Positions 61,951 to 64,000 of a stretch of 64,000 nt of DNA are shown here, in pieces. The stretch's first letter is position 1, and each line of letters starts with the position of its first letter. The position numbers and the translations under genes are program-made. The notes below the pieces were generated by a model. That model saw only the letters and a list, made by a program, of their open reading frames with translations. It ran no database searches and was not told the origin of the DNA. The DNA is from Zootoca vivipara (lineage: Eukaryota): contig NC_083283.1 of the NCBI RefSeq assembly GCF_963506605.1, forward strand, positions 60,388,001 to 60,452,000, read 5' to 3'.

Positions 61951-63854
61951 GATTCCCCCCCCCCCCATTTGTTACCTCACGGGTGAGGTTAGGTGTATCT
62001 TGCGTATTAAGATAAAATCACACGGCAGGCAGCACTCCCCCTCCTCCCGGCTTTTCCTTTGCAGGAACATTTGCCTCCTTGCAAGGAAAGAGAGCCCTTG
62101 CAAACTTGAAACGTGAGCTCCTCGCTTCCCACTAAAAGAACTGCTTGTGCTGTCCTGATAGGGGCATCTGCCTAAAACACGTTTTAAATTGTTGTTGTTG
62201 TTGTTTTTGCTGCTGTTGCTTTGCAAGAAAATACAGTGCATGGAAGAAGGTGACCTAGAGTTGGGTAGAACTGTGCTCGGAATTGTTTTGCACAGAGGCG
62301 CGGAGAAACTGCCGGCGTGACACATCATTTGCTGGCTAATGGGTGGACGGGAGGGGGGCCCTGATGACTCAAATTACAAGCCATGCATCGCAGTTTCAAG
62401 GGAAAGTACTGTAATATTAGGGAGAAGCTGTTTTGTGAGGACAAGGCAGGTCAGGACACACATTATTAACGGAGGGGAAGCTTACATTTTTACTTTAGTT
62501 TTTTTGAAACTAGCATGAACTTTTAGCTTTAGCTGTGTGTGTATGTGGTTGCAAAGCATCAGTTTATGGGATGTTCAACATATAAAGCATATTTAGTTAA
62601 TTAACTTTTAAATATAAATTGACGTTTAAGCTCCCATATTAAGATTTCGAAAAGGGTGTGTGTGTGTGTGTGGAGGGAGGGGAATAGCTACATCCATGAA
62701 GGTCTGCAATGGTGGCTAAATGGAACTTCCATGCTTACAGAAGGAGTGTGCCACTGAATGCCAGTTCCTTGGGGGGGGGGACAGCTAGAGAAGGCTGTTG
62801 TGCGCCTGCCTTGTCTAGTTGCCCAGTTTGGGTAGCAGGGTGCTAGGCTTTGATGATGCGCAGTTGGTCTGATCCAACAGGGTTCTGAATGCGCAGGCAT
62901 ACTCAGGTTTTCTACTGGGGGGGGGGGGGAGAATAGCTTGGTCAGTTGTCAATAAAAGCAGCAATCTTCTTCTTCCTTGTGTTATTAAAATCCCTGCAAT
63001 CTAGTTTGTGGTTGGATAATTCGCACCATCATATTGGAATGAATGCTTTGCAACTGCAGGCTGTGTAGAGACACCTGTTCTCTGATAGGCCAGCAACCAT
63101 TGCTACTGGTAAAAGCATTTTAAAAAAAAATACTACAGGCATTATATCTCTGTAACCAGAATAGTGCTTTAGGAAATCTCTCTGGAATGTGGAGTTGCAT
63201 ATCTATTGACCCAGTAGGCTTACCATGGCCTACATGGTAGGATCTACCTATCAACTTAGAACAACATTCCAAAAATAAGTGGCACTTTTGTATTGCCTTT
63301 TCTATTCTGTAAGAACTAAATAAAATTACCCAGCTTTTTTTTAAATGAGAAAAATAGCTTTAATTTAAAACCAACTTTTTGTAGCCATCGTTTCAGTGGA
63401 AGGAAGTTTAGGCTGCTTTAAAATATACATGCCATCAGGTGTTTTGCATCTACACCCAAAGTGTTATATGTAATGTTTCCAGCTGCGTATATCATGCAAG
63501 TAAACGAGCCAACAGCATTTTCCTGCGAAATAAGGCCACATGCTTGTTTATTTTGGTGTAATGGGTAGAGTGGTTATTGCATCCAAGTAAGAATTCAGTC
63601 TGTACGCATTTACTTTAGAATAAGATTTCCATCCAACCCCTATTAATTTAGGCCCTATTTAAGATTTTCTTCAGAGTAAACATGGTTAGGATTGTGCTGA
63701 CTTATTTAGAGCAGATCCTTTGAAATAATTGGTGTAGGTCATGACTTACAAGTCCATTGATTTTAATGGGTCTACTCAGTATGACTTAGTTGGCTACCAA
63801 CCTATGGGTTGTAATTGTGTGTAGAATTGGGTGGCATGTTTGTTTAGGATTGAC

Positions 63855-64000
63855 TTTATTTTTTTTTAATTAATTTTTATTGATTTTACATAATAAGAGT
63901 TTACATAATAACAAAGACTATACACATACATAACATATTTTTCACATTCTCCTACCCCCCCTCCAAGAGCCCTCTCCTCCCACAAGAGAATCCCCCGAAA
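63855..64000 (-). mobile_element. 3' end of a poly(A) (L1-type) retroelement in GMPR intron 1, runs off the window
   Basis: T tract followed by reverse AATAAA (tttatt). Confidence 0.55.

Overview
Vertebrate genomic DNA from a squamate reptile, probably a lacertid lizard (inferred from Sauria SINE, BovB, CR1, L2 and lizard-type hAT, mariner and Helitron repeats). It holds the complete 7-exon MYLIP/IDOL gene (+ strand, CDS 10449-22903, 445 aa, FERM + RING E3 ligase, all introns GT-AG) and, about 39 kb downstream, the CpG-island promoter and first coding exon of GMPR (61684-61770). This is the conserved MYLIP-GMPR order. Most other ORFs in the track are spurious or transposon-derived. Most interesting observations: (1) five near-identical copies of a very young 90-bp MITE with 6-9 bp target duplications, one in the MYLIP promoter; (2) LXRE-like DR4 elements in MYLIP intron 2, one differing by 1 nt from the ABCA1 LXRE and one overlapping an IR1; (3) a 2.1-kb poly(A)-tailed, TSD-flanked retroposon with no RT and an orphan acidic ORF; (4) a Helitron with a higher-order repeat array and two nested insertions; (5) several nested hAT elements and three solo LTRs. 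Repeat-family names are by eye and need Dfam/Repbase confirmation.
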